From Oculatellaceae cyanobacterium bins.114 (GTDB taxonomy: Bacteria > Cyanobacteriota > Cyanobacteriia > Elainellales > Elainellaceae), in assembly GCA_033764315.1 (NCBI GenBank), contig JANRJA010000242.1, positions 15,700 through 79,699 of the forward strand: a DNA stretch of 64,000 nt. Direction: 5' to 3'. Shown here one piece after another: positions 20,439 to 29,832 of the stretch. Position 1 is the stretch's first letter; the number at the start of each line of letters is the position of its first letter. The position numbers and the translations under genes were made by a program. The notes beneath the pieces were generated by a model. It made no database searches, was not told the DNA's origin, and was given only the letters and a program-made list of their open reading frames with translations.

Positions 20439-21008
20439 TCACATTGACAGCTTCACCAGTTCCTGTTCCAACATTTGTAACAAACCGATCGCCACTTGAA
20501 TCAGCGGCCACCCCAATAAACAAATGAAAATGGCCCGTCGGGTTGTAATATCCAATCCCTGACGCACCGCCACAATCACCGCTAACAAGCTCCAAACGGC
20601 GAGTATCAACTCGATTGGTCGCCCCAACAAAGGAATCAACGTCAAAAAGTTGAGGACTTGAGGGGCATAGGCAAACCCAATGGGACTCAGCAAATCTCCA
20701 TAGGTCGGATCGATCGGCTTCATCCACTGTCCAACCTTCCAAATGGTAAAAGTCCAGAAGTAATATCCCGCTACTACTCCCACCCCATCTAAGCCAAGAG
20801 CCAGCCCGAAAATCGGAATGGGGGCACGGTTGATCAATAAAATTACTGCACTTCCTAAGACATGCGAAAGAGCCGCCAGAGTCACAATAGTGAGTGCTAA
20901 CCGACGAATTCGATGGGTATTACGAGCACTTTCATAAAAATCTGCATTCAAAACCAGAGCGTTTTTTAGAGTCTTTAAAACTCCTCCTGTTGGTTGCTCA
21001 ATAACCAT
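20439..21008 (-). CDS. Yip1-family multi-pass membrane protein
   Basis: Five hydrophobic segments; IGFAYAPQVLNFLTLIPLLG; AVRQGLD. Confidence 0.75.
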   Translation of the reverse strand: MVIEQPTGGVLKTLKNALVLNADFYESARNTHRIRRLALTIVTLAALSHVLGSAVILLINRAPIPIFGLALGLDGVGVVAGYYFWTFTIWKVGQWMKPIDPTYGDLLSPIGFAYAPQVLNFLTLIPLLGRPIELILAVWSLLAVIVAVRQGLDITTRRAIFICLLGWPLIQVAIGLLQMLEQELVKLSM

Positions 21009-21169
21009 GTTTTTTAAATCTCAAGATAGATGACCTGACTTCTTTAAATCTGATTCGATGCAACACGGTGCCTCCTAAAAACAAACCCTAAAAACAATCA
21101 GAACACTATTAATAACACTATGTTTCAAACTCAATTCTGGTTTTACCGTTTGAATGACGGCTATCACTC

Positions 21170-22198
21170 ATGCGATTAATCCTAAACATGATTTGGCGTG
21201 CTCTGCTATGGGTCAGAGGCGAAACACTCAAATTATTGCTCCTTGCGGGAATATTATTGCTAATTTGGGGCATCTTTTCACCCGTCGGAACGTTGGTTTG
21301 GTGGTTGAGTCACGAAGCAGAACGGTCTGGTGTGACATCTTCCCCTGCGGTGCGATCGCCTCCCTCCATCAATCCAGCATCGGCTCCAACCTCAGCCGTC
21401 AGTTGTTACATTGTTTTTTTACCGGGAGTCGGCGATTTTTCAGCCAACCAACTCACACCCGGTGAAGAGTTTTTTCTCGATCGCCTCGTACAACTCCACC
21501 CTGATTGTGTTAGTGTCTCTGACGTCTTCCCCTATTCCGTAGCAAATCAAAGTTTAGGAGCACGACAGCGAGTATTAGCCCCTTTTTGGGATGCCATTGA
21601 CTCCGCAGAAGGTTGGCTAGATAGCTTTGGGGTATTGATCAAAATTCGCAATCTGTGGCGATTTGCAATTTCGGCTGATGATCGCTATGGAGTTGTTTAC
21701 AACCAGGGGATTGCCACAGCCATTCTCGATCGCATGAATGCGGCTCAACCGATTCCAACTGACCATCCTCAACCCCTGAAGGTGATTCTGTTAGGAACCA
21801 GTGGCGGGGCTCAGGTATCGCTCGGAGCCGCGCATTATCTCAAGCAGTGGCTCAATTCTCGTTTAATTGTGGTCTCAGTAGGAGGGGTGTTTGACGGAAC
21901 GGCGGGTTTTGATCAGGTTGAGCACGTTTATCATCTCCAGGGCAAGCGAGATTGGGTCGAAGATATCGGTCGCATTGTCTTTGCCTCGCGTTGGTATTGG
22001 GTCGCAGGCTCTCCGTTTAACCGTGCTCGTCTACAAAACCGCTATTCTGTCTTGGTCAGTGGGCCTCATACCCACGATGGAGAGGAAGGATATTTTGGTC
22101 AGGCATGGGTCAACGAGAGTCAAACTACCTATGTGCAGTTAACGGTGCAACAGGTGGATCAACTACCAATTTGGTCTACTGCCTCTACCTCCCCCTAA
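21170..22198 (+). CDS. Membrane-anchored alpha/beta-hydrolase-like protein
   Basis: N-terminal TM; IVFLPGVG; ILLGTSGGAQV (G-x-S-x-G elbow); GKRDWV (Asp); GPHTHDG (His). Confidence 0.7.
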   Translation: MRLILNMIWRALLWVRGETLKLLLLAGILLLIWGIFSPVGTLVWWLSHEAERSGVTSSPAVRSPPSINPASAPTSAVSCYIVFLPGVGDFSANQLTPGEEFFLDRLVQLHPDCVSVSDVFPYSVANQSLGARQRVLAPFWDAIDSAEGWLDSFGVLIKIRNLWRFAISADDRYGVVYNQGIATAILDRMNAAQPIPTDHPQPLKVILLGTSGGAQVSLGAAHYLKQWLNSRLIVVSVGGVFDGTAGFDQVEHVYHLQGKRDWVEDIGRIVFASRWYWVAGSPFNRARLQNRYSVLVSGPHTHDGEEGYFGQAWVNESQTTYVQLTVQQVDQLPIWSTASTSP

Positions 22199-22305
22199 GC
22201 CCCATCGGTATCAAATTTTGGAACAAGGGCGATCGCCCCCTTTGATCCCGTTAGTATCGTTTTACAAGCCCCTAAACCCGATCATCAGAGGACAAATTTT
22301 AAAGG

Positions 22306-22740
22306 ATGACTATGATTAAGCGTGGATTAGTGTTGGCGATCGCCCTGTTATCGTGTGCTTCTAGTGCGGCTGCTCAAGTTTTGACCCCACCCACAGGTAC
22401 AACTGGTTTGACTCCCATTGAAGGCAGCGTGACTAACGTTGAGCCAGTTCGGGTTCCGTTAGGTGATGCGGTAACAGGGTCTGAGACTCGCGTTACACTT
22501 CAATTTCAATTGCAAGGATGTCTCGACTCACTCATGCCTCTCATTACTCACTATGAAGTGCGTGGAAGACGAGTAAATGTGTATGTCACCGCGTTAAATG
22601 CCCATAATGAACAGTCAATGGTTGCTCGTTGCGTCGCCATGCCCCAAGTATCAGAACAAGTCCGCATTCCAGGTCTCTTTCAACGTAATCAAATTCGGGT
22701 TGTATTTATGGGACAACTGCCTGAAACAAGACCTGAATAA
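22306..22740 (+). CDS. Secreted hypothetical protein
   Basis: Signal peptide ending AAA-Q; Cys pair (GCLD...RCVAMP). Confidence 0.75.
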   Translation: MTMIKRGLVLAIALLSCASSAAAQVLTPPTGTTGLTPIEGSVTNVEPVRVPLGDAVTGSETRVTLQFQLQGCLDSLMPLITHYEVRGRRVNVYVTALNAHNEQSMVARCVAMPQVSEQVRIPGLFQRNQIRVVFMGQLPETRPE

Positions 22741-22750
22741 TCCGTCGTTC

Positions 22751-22786
22751 GATCAGGTGAAGGATCAGATGAAGGATCAGATGAAG
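22751..22786. repeat. 12-bp tandem repeat x3
   Basis: GATCAGGTGAAG GATCAGATGAAG GATCAGATGAAG. Confidence 0.85.
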
Positions 22787-22956
22787 GCGCAGCAATCCTC
22801 CAATGTTTACATCAAACCCTTAACCTGATTCCTCAAGTCTTTGTCTAATCTTCCGCTGGGATGAAGTCAAACCTGCAATTAATCTACGTCCGTAGGTACA
22901 ATATTTCTCTCTCCGTAGATAGTCCTGAGTTTATTGTTCCACTTGATAATCTGTAA

Positions 22957-23198
22957 GAGTAAATAACTGCACTGAAAGAACTTACACCGCTGTAAGTCTT
23001 GCCTGTGATTTGAATAGCGACCTTCAATCGCAGCAGTGTGTATGAAACGCCGATCCGAATGGTGTAGAGATACTGTCGCCGCTCTACTTTATTACATCAA
23101 ATATGAGGTCATTCCTCAATCAAAGCGGTTTGAAATGTAAACGTTTGGGGTCATAAAAAGCAACGAATTTTGATTTAACAACGAAGGAGAAAGGAACA
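22957..23198 (+). ncRNA. Candidate structured 5' leader (cis-regulatory RNA) of the GlsB/YeaQ gene
   Basis: -10-like GATAAT at 22945-22950, followed by a three-way junction and three further hairpins (details in findings). Confidence 0.4.
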
Positions 23199-23474
23199 AT
23201 GAATATCTTGGCATGGATTGTATTGGGTCTTATTGCAGGTGCGATCGCCAAAGCTATTTATCCCGGTCAACAAGGCGGTAGCATCCTCGGCACATTGATT
23301 CTAGGTATCATCGGTGCATTCGTTGGCGGTAGCTTGTACGCACTGCTCACCACTGGAAGCATCACATTAGCATCAGCAGGTTTGAGCTTGGGCGGCATCT
23401 TGGTTTCAGTGATCGGCGCAATCATTGCATTGTGGGTTTACTACGCCTTCATGTCTCGTCGTCGGGTTTACTAA
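23199..23474 (+). CDS. GlsB/YeaQ/YmgE family stress-response membrane protein (transglycosylase-associated)
   Basis: MNILAWIVLGLIAGAIAKAIYPG...LGIIGAFVGG; strong RBS AAGGAG. Confidence 0.93.
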   Translation: MNILAWIVLGLIAGAIAKAIYPGQQGGSILGTLILGIIGAFVGGSLYALLTTGSITLASAGLSLGGILVSVIGAIIALWVYYAFMSRRRVY

Positions 23475-23583
23475 ATTAGGTCTTGATTAGCTCAACAGTT
23501 AATCAAAACAGACATTAAATGCTTGAGTGCTTTAGCATTCTCATAAATTTCAATAAACTATCGCCAAAGCACATATAGCTCTT

Positions 23584-23617
23584 AAAGAAACCTCCATTAC
23601 TACATGGAGGTTTCTTT
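23584..23617. terminator. Intrinsic (bidirectional) terminator
   Basis: AAAGAAACCTCCAT-tactac-ATGGAGGTTTCTTT, a perfect 14-bp stem downstream of the GlsB gene. Confidence 0.75.
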
Positions 23618-23800
23618 GCTGACGGCCTGACAAATCTTTATGCTTGGCGATTGAAATCGTAGTTACTAGGAGCAAAACCCCGCCGACGCGGGTTACAGAA
23701 AATATTGATGTATCCAGACTTCGATCGGATAGGCGCGAATCAATTCGCCAGTCACAGCACGGAATATTAAGGGCTTCAGAACTTTTGTCAGTCAATCAGG
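23618..23800. mobile_element. MITE-like element with CCTGA.....TGACAAA termini
   Basis: Left GCTGACGGCCTGACAAAT versus reverse complement of the right end CCTGATTGACTGACAAAA. The left part recurs at 24711-24756. Confidence 0.55.
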
Positions 23801-23856
23801 GTTTCTTTTTTACATCAACTGGATAATTAGTCGGGATGGGGCTAGTCGTGAGCAGT

Positions 23857-23974
23857 TAAGTGGGTAGGTGTTAGATGCAAAATGGGTGCAGGTTAGCTCA
23901 AAACATGAAACCCACGTTCGTATGGGGTTCGCGATCGCTAACCTATCCTACAAATAATTGTGCCTTCCTACTTA
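23857..23974. mobile_element. MITE-like element with TAAGTRGG...CCTACTTA termini
   Basis: TAAGTGGGTAGGTG at the left, TGCCTTCCTACTTA at the right; related ends at 33604-33757. Confidence 0.55.
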
Positions 23975-23983
23975 GAATTTGCG

Positions 23984-24415
23984 TTATTGCTGAAACTTAG
24001 AAGGGCGTGAAAAGCTATGAGGGAATGAGGCTTTTCTGCCAGTTAGAAGGTGCTGCACTTGATTTAAAAGTTCCTCTGCTGACATATTTTTGTCAAGATG
24101 AGCATCTGCTTCAGGACAAAACTCAACTACCTGAGGCAACACTTGTTTCGTAAAAAAAGCAGAGATCAAAACCAGCACAGGTGGAGTTTTTATACTCTTT
24201 TTAATTAAATGAATTAACTCACAACCATCAATCTCTTTTTGATAGCTTCGAGATGGCATTGAGAAGTCGATCAGTGCTAAATCAAAATGTTTAGCGTCTT
24301 CAAGAAATGCATGGGCATTCGTAAAAGTTGCTACAGCATAGCCTGGTCGATGGAGCAGGTATGCGATCGCCAAGCACCAAGCTTCACTGTCGTCTACTAC
24401 AGCTATCTTGTACAT
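23984..24415 (-). CDS. Single-domain response regulator (REC)
   Basis: KIAVVDDS, DLALIDFSMP, VLISA, HLDK. Confidence 0.85.
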   Translation of the reverse strand: MYKIAVVDDSEAWCLAIAYLLHRPGYAVATFTNAHAFLEDAKHFDLALIDFSMPSRSYQKEIDGCELIHLIKKSIKTPPVLVLISAFFTKQVLPQVVEFCPEADAHLDKNMSAEELLNQVQHLLTGRKASFPHSFSRPSKFQQ

Positions 24416-24710
24416 AATTAAACAAGTTTATTATGAATAGAATGTTCTATACTTTGTTGTACTGCAAAACCAAATGCCAATCGAACTACCTTAAGTGTTA
24501 CGTGAAGGAAATCAAAAGTTGTAAACTCCAACTTTATGTTTTGTGAACATGCTTCTGTAGTCAGGCTGTAGATCTAATGTTTAACAGACACTGACATTGA
24601 GTAAACAAAGCGATCGCAGGGTTTAACCTGATTTGATTACTTTAAGCAATGGAAAGAATAGTCAAACTCACTTTAATGCGTTCAGCCCAACCTTATTAAA
24701 GTGTCTTCAT

Positions 24711-24780
24711 CCTGACTATCTGACAAATCTTTGATGCTCGCGCTTGAAATCGCAGCAGGTCTCAGACAACCTTGATCAGG
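24711..24780. mobile_element. Short derivative of the 23618-23800 element
   Basis: CTGACAAATCTTTGATGCTCGCGCTTGAAATCGCAG closely matches 23627-23662; ends CCTGA / TCAGG. Confidence 0.5.
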
Positions 24781-24797
24781 AGTTGGGTGAAATTAAA

Positions 24798-24850
24798 TAT
24801 AGCAATCCCAAATGAGATGTGCCTCTCACAACCCATTTAGGATTGCTATA
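24798..24850. mobile_element. MITE, TATAGCAATCCCAAA family (53-bp minimal copy)
   Basis: 17-bp terminal inverted repeat with one mismatch: TATAGCAATCCCAAATG / CATTTAGGATTGCTATA. Confidence 0.8.
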
Positions 24851-24877
24851 GATGTAGGTTGGTTACTGAAACGCGCC

Positions 24878-25510
24878 TTATTTGCCTTCAAACAAATTCA
24901 TCTGACCACGATATCCTGTAACGATGCGGCTCCCATCTTTAAGCACATGAATTTCAACTTGATCACTTGCCCACGTTAAGCGATCGCTCAAAGCAGGATT
25001 AAAGACATGCACTCGTTGGTTAAGTGACGAGACACAAGAGGTTGATGAATGGATCGCCAATGATTCGATGTAAGGACCATCAATTAAAACATCCAGTTCA
25101 TCTAACAACGATTGAGCACCCGCTGGCGCATAAGCCCCCTGGAGTTGCTCTAGGGTAAAGCCACTAAAAGACATCACATTCAAGCCAGCCGCTTTAACCC
25201 GATGAGCCAATGTTGTCAGAGCAGGGGCTTGCCAAAAAGGTTCTCCACCTGAAAAGGTGACTCCTTCATTGCGATGATTACTAAGAATTCGATCAACCAA
25301 CGTATCAACGGCAATCAGCTGATTCATTTCAAAAGACCAGGAATCAGGATTGAAACAACCAGCGCACTGCCGCAAGCATCCCTGCACCCAGATGACAGCT
25401 CGACATCCTGGACCATTCACCTCTGATTCATCCACATATCCCATGATATTGAGATACCCCGGAGGAATTTCAAATAGCTTTTCGTAGGATTGATGATTAA
25501 CGTGTGTCAT
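24878..25510 (-). CDS. Radical SAM protein, NrdG/glycyl-radical-activase-like
   Basis: NGPGCRAVIWVQGCLRQCAGC (CxxxCxxC), GVTFSGGEPF, DVLIDGPY. Confidence 0.88.
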   Translation of the reverse strand: MTHVNHQSYEKLFEIPPGYLNIMGYVDESEVNGPGCRAVIWVQGCLRQCAGCFNPDSWSFEMNQLIAVDTLVDRILSNHRNEGVTFSGGEPFWQAPALTTLAHRVKAAGLNVMSFSGFTLEQLQGAYAPAGAQSLLDELDVLIDGPYIESLAIHSSTSCVSSLNQRVHVFNPALSDRLTWASDQVEIHVLKDGSRIVTGYRGQMNLFEGK

Positions 25511-25595
25511 AGTTTTTTTCTACAGTTTTTTCTATGTTTTTTCTAGGAGTGATGCTCTAAAAGTCATGTTTGGGAGAAACGGCTACCTTGTCTAT

Positions 25596-26408
25596 TTAAG
25601 GTTGGTGACTCGTGTCAAGAGGATAACGAACTGGAACACCAACCACACTCTGAATGCGATCGCCAAATTGTTTCAATACTGTTGCATCAACTGTCTTGAG
25701 CATCCGAGTTGGGTAAGTGCGATCTAAGGAATGATTACCCCTGGCATTGAGTTGATAGGTGAGAGGTTTGGGGCGAGTTGGCGTATTAAGTTGAATCTCA
25801 TCCGGTAGCAGCGTTTGCATCCAACGCACATATCGCTCTTGTAAGGCTTCATCCCAAGGGGTGAGCAGCATGGTTTGAACAGCGAGATGCCCTTGATAGT
25901 CTTGACGAAACAAATACAATCCCGTCCAAATCTCTGGCAAGCTCATCTCTGCCGTAGGACGGTTGACACGCCGAAACTGATCAGAAGAAATAGCATCTAA
26001 TTTAATGGATACCTGATTGGCGATCGCCAGCTCAGCCCGCACGGTTGCATCATTGAGCAAACTGCCATTGGTAAGTACCCCTACTGGCTTGGCTGTCAGG
26101 GTCTTTGCCATTTGCAGGATGTCACCTAAGTTCAGTGCCAATGTGGGTTCACCACTTCCACTCAGGGTAATCACATCCACATCCCAAGGAGCAACTGATA
26201 CCAGATCTTGCTGAATCTGCTGAGTCGAAACAAAAACCCGGCGATCGCCCTGTTGATGCTTAATCTCACCTAACTGGCAATACACACAATTAAATGAGCA
26301 AGTAGAGACTGCGCCAATGGGGTCAATGCCGAGCGATCGCCCAAATCGCCAGGAGGTGACAGGCCCGTAAACCGAAGCAACGGATTGCATCGCTGTAGAT
26401 TGAATCAC
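25596..26408 (-). CDS. Radical SAM protein (COG0731-like Fe-S oxidoreductase)
   Basis: YGPVTSWRFGRSLGID, CSFNCVYCQLG, ITLSGSGEPTL, VLTNGSLL. Confidence 0.88.
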   Translation of the reverse strand: MIQSTAMQSVASVYGPVTSWRFGRSLGIDPIGAVSTCSFNCVYCQLGEIKHQQGDRRVFVSTQQIQQDLVSVAPWDVDVITLSGSGEPTLALNLGDILQMAKTLTAKPVGVLTNGSLLNDATVRAELAIANQVSIKLDAISSDQFRRVNRPTAEMSLPEIWTGLYLFRQDYQGHLAVQTMLLTPWDEALQERYVRWMQTLLPDEIQLNTPTRPKPLTYQLNARGNHSLDRTYPTRMLKTVDATVLKQFGDRIQSVVGVPVRYPLDTSHQP

Positions 26409-27056
26409 GTAAATTTCCCTCTCTTGAAGATTGACGTTTTTCTCTAAGCTGTCGTTGACTACACCACGCTTATTGGAGAACTCTAGAGTTGTTTTGACCT
26501 GAAAGTAGTGCCACCCAAATTTGCAATTTAAAGGTACTGAACTGGAAGTCCCTCAACATTAGCCACAAAAAATGAGGAACTTGTGATGATGGTGGCGTCA
26601 TCAGAGCCAATTTAGAAAGCTTGACTGCTTAACCCTCGCCGAAGAATGAACGAGATTTGGGGAGAGCTATAGGTCATGCAAAAGGTTGTGAAGTTTCTAT
26701 GAACTCTTAGAACCGTTTCATGTTTTTTCATAAATGGAACAAATCGTCATTTAGTTTTGTTTGCCCCAAAGCGGTATAACAAAGATGTGTACATCATTAA
26801 CCCCGTGTTTTCACGGTTGTCATCTTCTAAAAAGGCAAGTTAACGACACATCAGGTATTCATTTACGGACTACTTCATATCAATCAAAGTTATTCAACGT
26901 AGCTTTTTTTAAGTCGCTGACATGAGGGTCTTCTCATTTAAGATCCGGGTTCATTCACAAAATATTTGATGGATTAAACCCTGCCAACTCTACTCGCGGA
27001 CTGGTTTGGGATTGCCTATTCAAACGTTTGGTTTTATATCGCCCCCATTTTCAACC

Positions 27057-29705
27057 ATGAGCGCTAACTTATCCCCCCGTTCTATTCGCAATCTAGCCAA
27101 TCGATCGTTAAACGCATCTCAACAAGCATCCGCGTTTAACGAGCCATCTCACCAACAGCAAGTAACCACACTGCGACGCAGCAGCAACCCAACCTCTCTG
27201 GGGCGATCGCGCGATGACAGCCACATTGGCATTGCCGAGTTATTTCGACGCGACCCCCTCAGCATTAACAATCTCAATGAATACGTTGGCGATGTTGTCG
27301 ATTTATTGACTGACAATGATGCGCCTGTTCTTTTAAACAATCGTGAGTTGACATTGACGCAGGGTGATCAAAAAGTGATTACGCGATCGCTCCTGCGAGT
27401 GACAGATACAGATAATACTTCATCAGAATTAACCTTTACGCTCCGGCAGGTGCCCCGCTATGGCAACTTGTTAATTGGCAACAGGGCATTAGAGGTAGGG
27501 CAACGCTTTACACAAACAGATATCGATCGTGGACGACTACGCTATTTCAACAACGGCAGGTCAATATCTCCAGACTCCTTTCGGTTTATCGTCTCCGATG
27601 GTGTCAACTCACTTGGCGTGAGAGCCTTTGGCATCAGGGTCAATCCGCTTCCACCTCCGCCCCCCATTAATCGACCGCCAGTTTTAAATGTCAACCAAGG
27701 ATTAACCCTTAATGCGGGTGAAACCGGTGTTATTAATAGCTCTTTTTTGACTGCCACCGATCCTGAGAGTGACCCATCTCAGGTCATATACCGATTAGAA
27801 ACAACGACCAGTAATGGAACGGTATTTTTAAATGGCACGGCGATCAGCTCTAGTCAAACGTTTACCCAAGCTGATATCAACACAGGGTTGCTGACCTATC
27901 AACACAACGGCACGCGCACCAACCAGGATGGTTTCCGTTTTTCTCTAACGGATGGCAATACAACGATTCGCAGTCTCTCGTTTAATATCGGCATCATTTT
28001 GCCCAACCTACCGCCCACATTGGCAGTTAACACAGGCTTAACAGTGACAGAAGGGGCGATCGCCCCCATCTCCAATACTGCCCTACAAACCACAGATGCT
28101 GAAAATGGGTCTAATTTCCTGTTTTATCAAATCAATCAAGGGGTAACTCATGGCACTTTGCTGTTGAACAACATTCCGTTAACAGTCGGTCAAACGTTCA
28201 CTCAAGCTGACATTGACAATAACCAACTACGATATCAACACGATGGCACCGAAACGAATCAAGATAGTTTTGGGTTTGTCGTGACTGACGGCGCAGCAAC
28301 GATCACAGGTTCTTTTGCACTGAACATCAATTTGGTGAATGATGCACCCGTGTTAATCAACAACACCGGGTTAACCCTCACCCCAGGGACATCACCCGTT
28401 ATTGGCAGAAACCAATTACTGGCGACCGATGAAGAACAGGACACATCAGAACTCATTTATACCGTTACTGAATTGCCCATTAATGGGTTTGTGCGCCGCA
28501 ATGGCACAGCATTACAAGTGGGAGATACTTTCACGCAAAATGACATTGATGCTGGGCGCATCACTTATCGTAATCTTGGGGGAGTGAGACGGTTGACTGG
28601 TAATGGCGTGGAAGAGGCGCAACCTCAAACTTCCGGTCTACATGTGGCATGGCGAGGATTTGATGGCAACGATTATGAGATCTATTTTCATGATCTGGCA
28701 ACAGGAACGACTAGACGACTGAGCAACAATCTCTTTTTAGATATCGATCCTCAAATCTCTGGTTCAAACTTGATCTGGCACACAGACGACGGTGAAAATG
28801 ATGTGTACTTCTTCAACGGGTCAACGGGTCAGGTTCGCAATATAACAAATGGAGCGTATACAGCGGTTCGCAATGCTGAAATTTCTCGCTCTGCCTCAGA
28901 ACCATCAGGGACTAAAGTGGTCTTTCAAGGTAAAAACCTTGGCGAAAACGATTTAGATATCTTCCTCTATGACGCTATTACAAATCAAATTACTCAATTA
29001 AGTAATAGTACTCGCGACGACATTAACCCTCAGGTCAACGATCGCTACGCCATCTGGCAAGAGTTTGATGGCAACGATTACGAGATTGTTTATTTGGATC
29101 TCGTCACCGGAGTCAAGACTCAGTTGACCAATAACGACTTTGAAGATCGAAATCCCAAAATTTCGGCGAGTGGAGCTATTTTCTTGGGCTTAGATGCCAC
29201 TCAACAGGATGTCTTTTTCTACGATCGCCTTCAAGGAACGGTGACAAATCTCTCCAATAATCCCTTTATTGACACTGACCGTGAGGTTGATCGGGAAGGG
29301 CCAGGAGTAAGTGTCACTTGGCGATCGCAGGTTAACAACCAGGACTTCGAGGTGTTCCTGCGAAACGGAACTACAGGACAACTCCTCCGTCTCACGGATG
29401 ATTCCTCTGCTGATGACGACCCCCACACCTCGCTAACTAATGTCGCATGGACTAGCAACAACGACGGAGATAATGAGATCTTCTTCTACAACGGCATCAC
29501 AGGCGACATTACTCAACTGAGCAACAACGCTGTAGATGACATCGACTCTCAAATCTCTCGCTATAGCGTTGTCTGGCGAGGTCAGAATGGGGCAGATTAT
29601 GATGTCTTTTTTGCTAACACCGGTACCAGCGATCGCTTTGGCTTTACTCTCTCTGATAGCGCAGGGGGAGTGCTCACCAGCACCTTCAATTTCACCATTG
29701 GCTAG
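27057..29705 (+). CDS. Cadherin-like (CSPG/Cadherin_3) repeat protein with a TolB-like beta-propeller
   Basis: Four NxxPVL..N.GLT...FTQ.DI..G.L.Y repeats; propeller repeats W...DGNDYEI.; DxD-rich, suggesting Ca binding. Confidence 0.85.
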   Translation: MSANLSPRSIRNLANRSLNASQQASAFNEPSHQQQVTTLRRSSNPTSLGRSRDDSHIGIAELFRRDPLSINNLNEYVGDVVDLLTDNDAPVLLNNRELTLTQGDQKVITRSLLRVTDTDNTSSELTFTLRQVPRYGNLLIGNRALEVGQRFTQTDIDRGRLRYFNNGRSISPDSFRFIVSDGVNSLGVRAFGIRVNPLPPPPPINRPPVLNVNQGLTLNAGETGVINSSFLTATDPESDPSQVIYRLETTTSNGTVFLNGTAISSSQTFTQADINTGLLTYQHNGTRTNQDGFRFSLTDGNTTIRSLSFNIGIILPNLPPTLAVNTGLTVTEGAIAPISNTALQTTDAENGSNFLFYQINQGVTHGTLLLNNIPLTVGQTFTQADIDNNQLRYQHDGTETNQDSFGFVVTDGAATITGSFALNINLVNDAPVLINNTGLTLTPGTSPVIGRNQLLATDEEQDTSELIYTVTELPINGFVRRNGTALQVGDTFTQNDIDAGRITYRNLGGVRRLTGNGVEEAQPQTSGLHVAWRGFDGNDYEIYFHDLATGTTRRLSNNLFLDIDPQISGSNLIWHTDDGENDVYFFNGSTGQVRNITNGAYTAVRNAEISRSASEPSGTKVVFQGKNLGENDLDIFLYDAITNQITQLSNSTRDDINPQVNDRYAIWQEFDGNDYEIVYLDLVTGVKTQLTNNDFEDRNPKISASGAIFLGLDATQQDVFFYDRLQGTVTNLSNNPFIDTDREVDREGPGVSVTWRSQVNNQDFEVFLRNGTTGQLLRLTDDSSADDDPHTSLTNVAWTSNNDGDNEIFFYNGITGDITQLSNNAVDDIDSQISRYSVVWRGQNGADYDVFFANTGTSDRFGFTLSDSAGGVLTSTFNFTIG

Positions 29706-29832
29706 TTCTAAATCAAGCCACGGGTGAAGATGAGACCCCTCTTCTCACCCACTTGCAGGATTACGGAACCCTCACAACACGAGACACTGATGAGATTGTT
29801 GTCGGTCTTATGCCAGATTAGCCCCTTACTCC

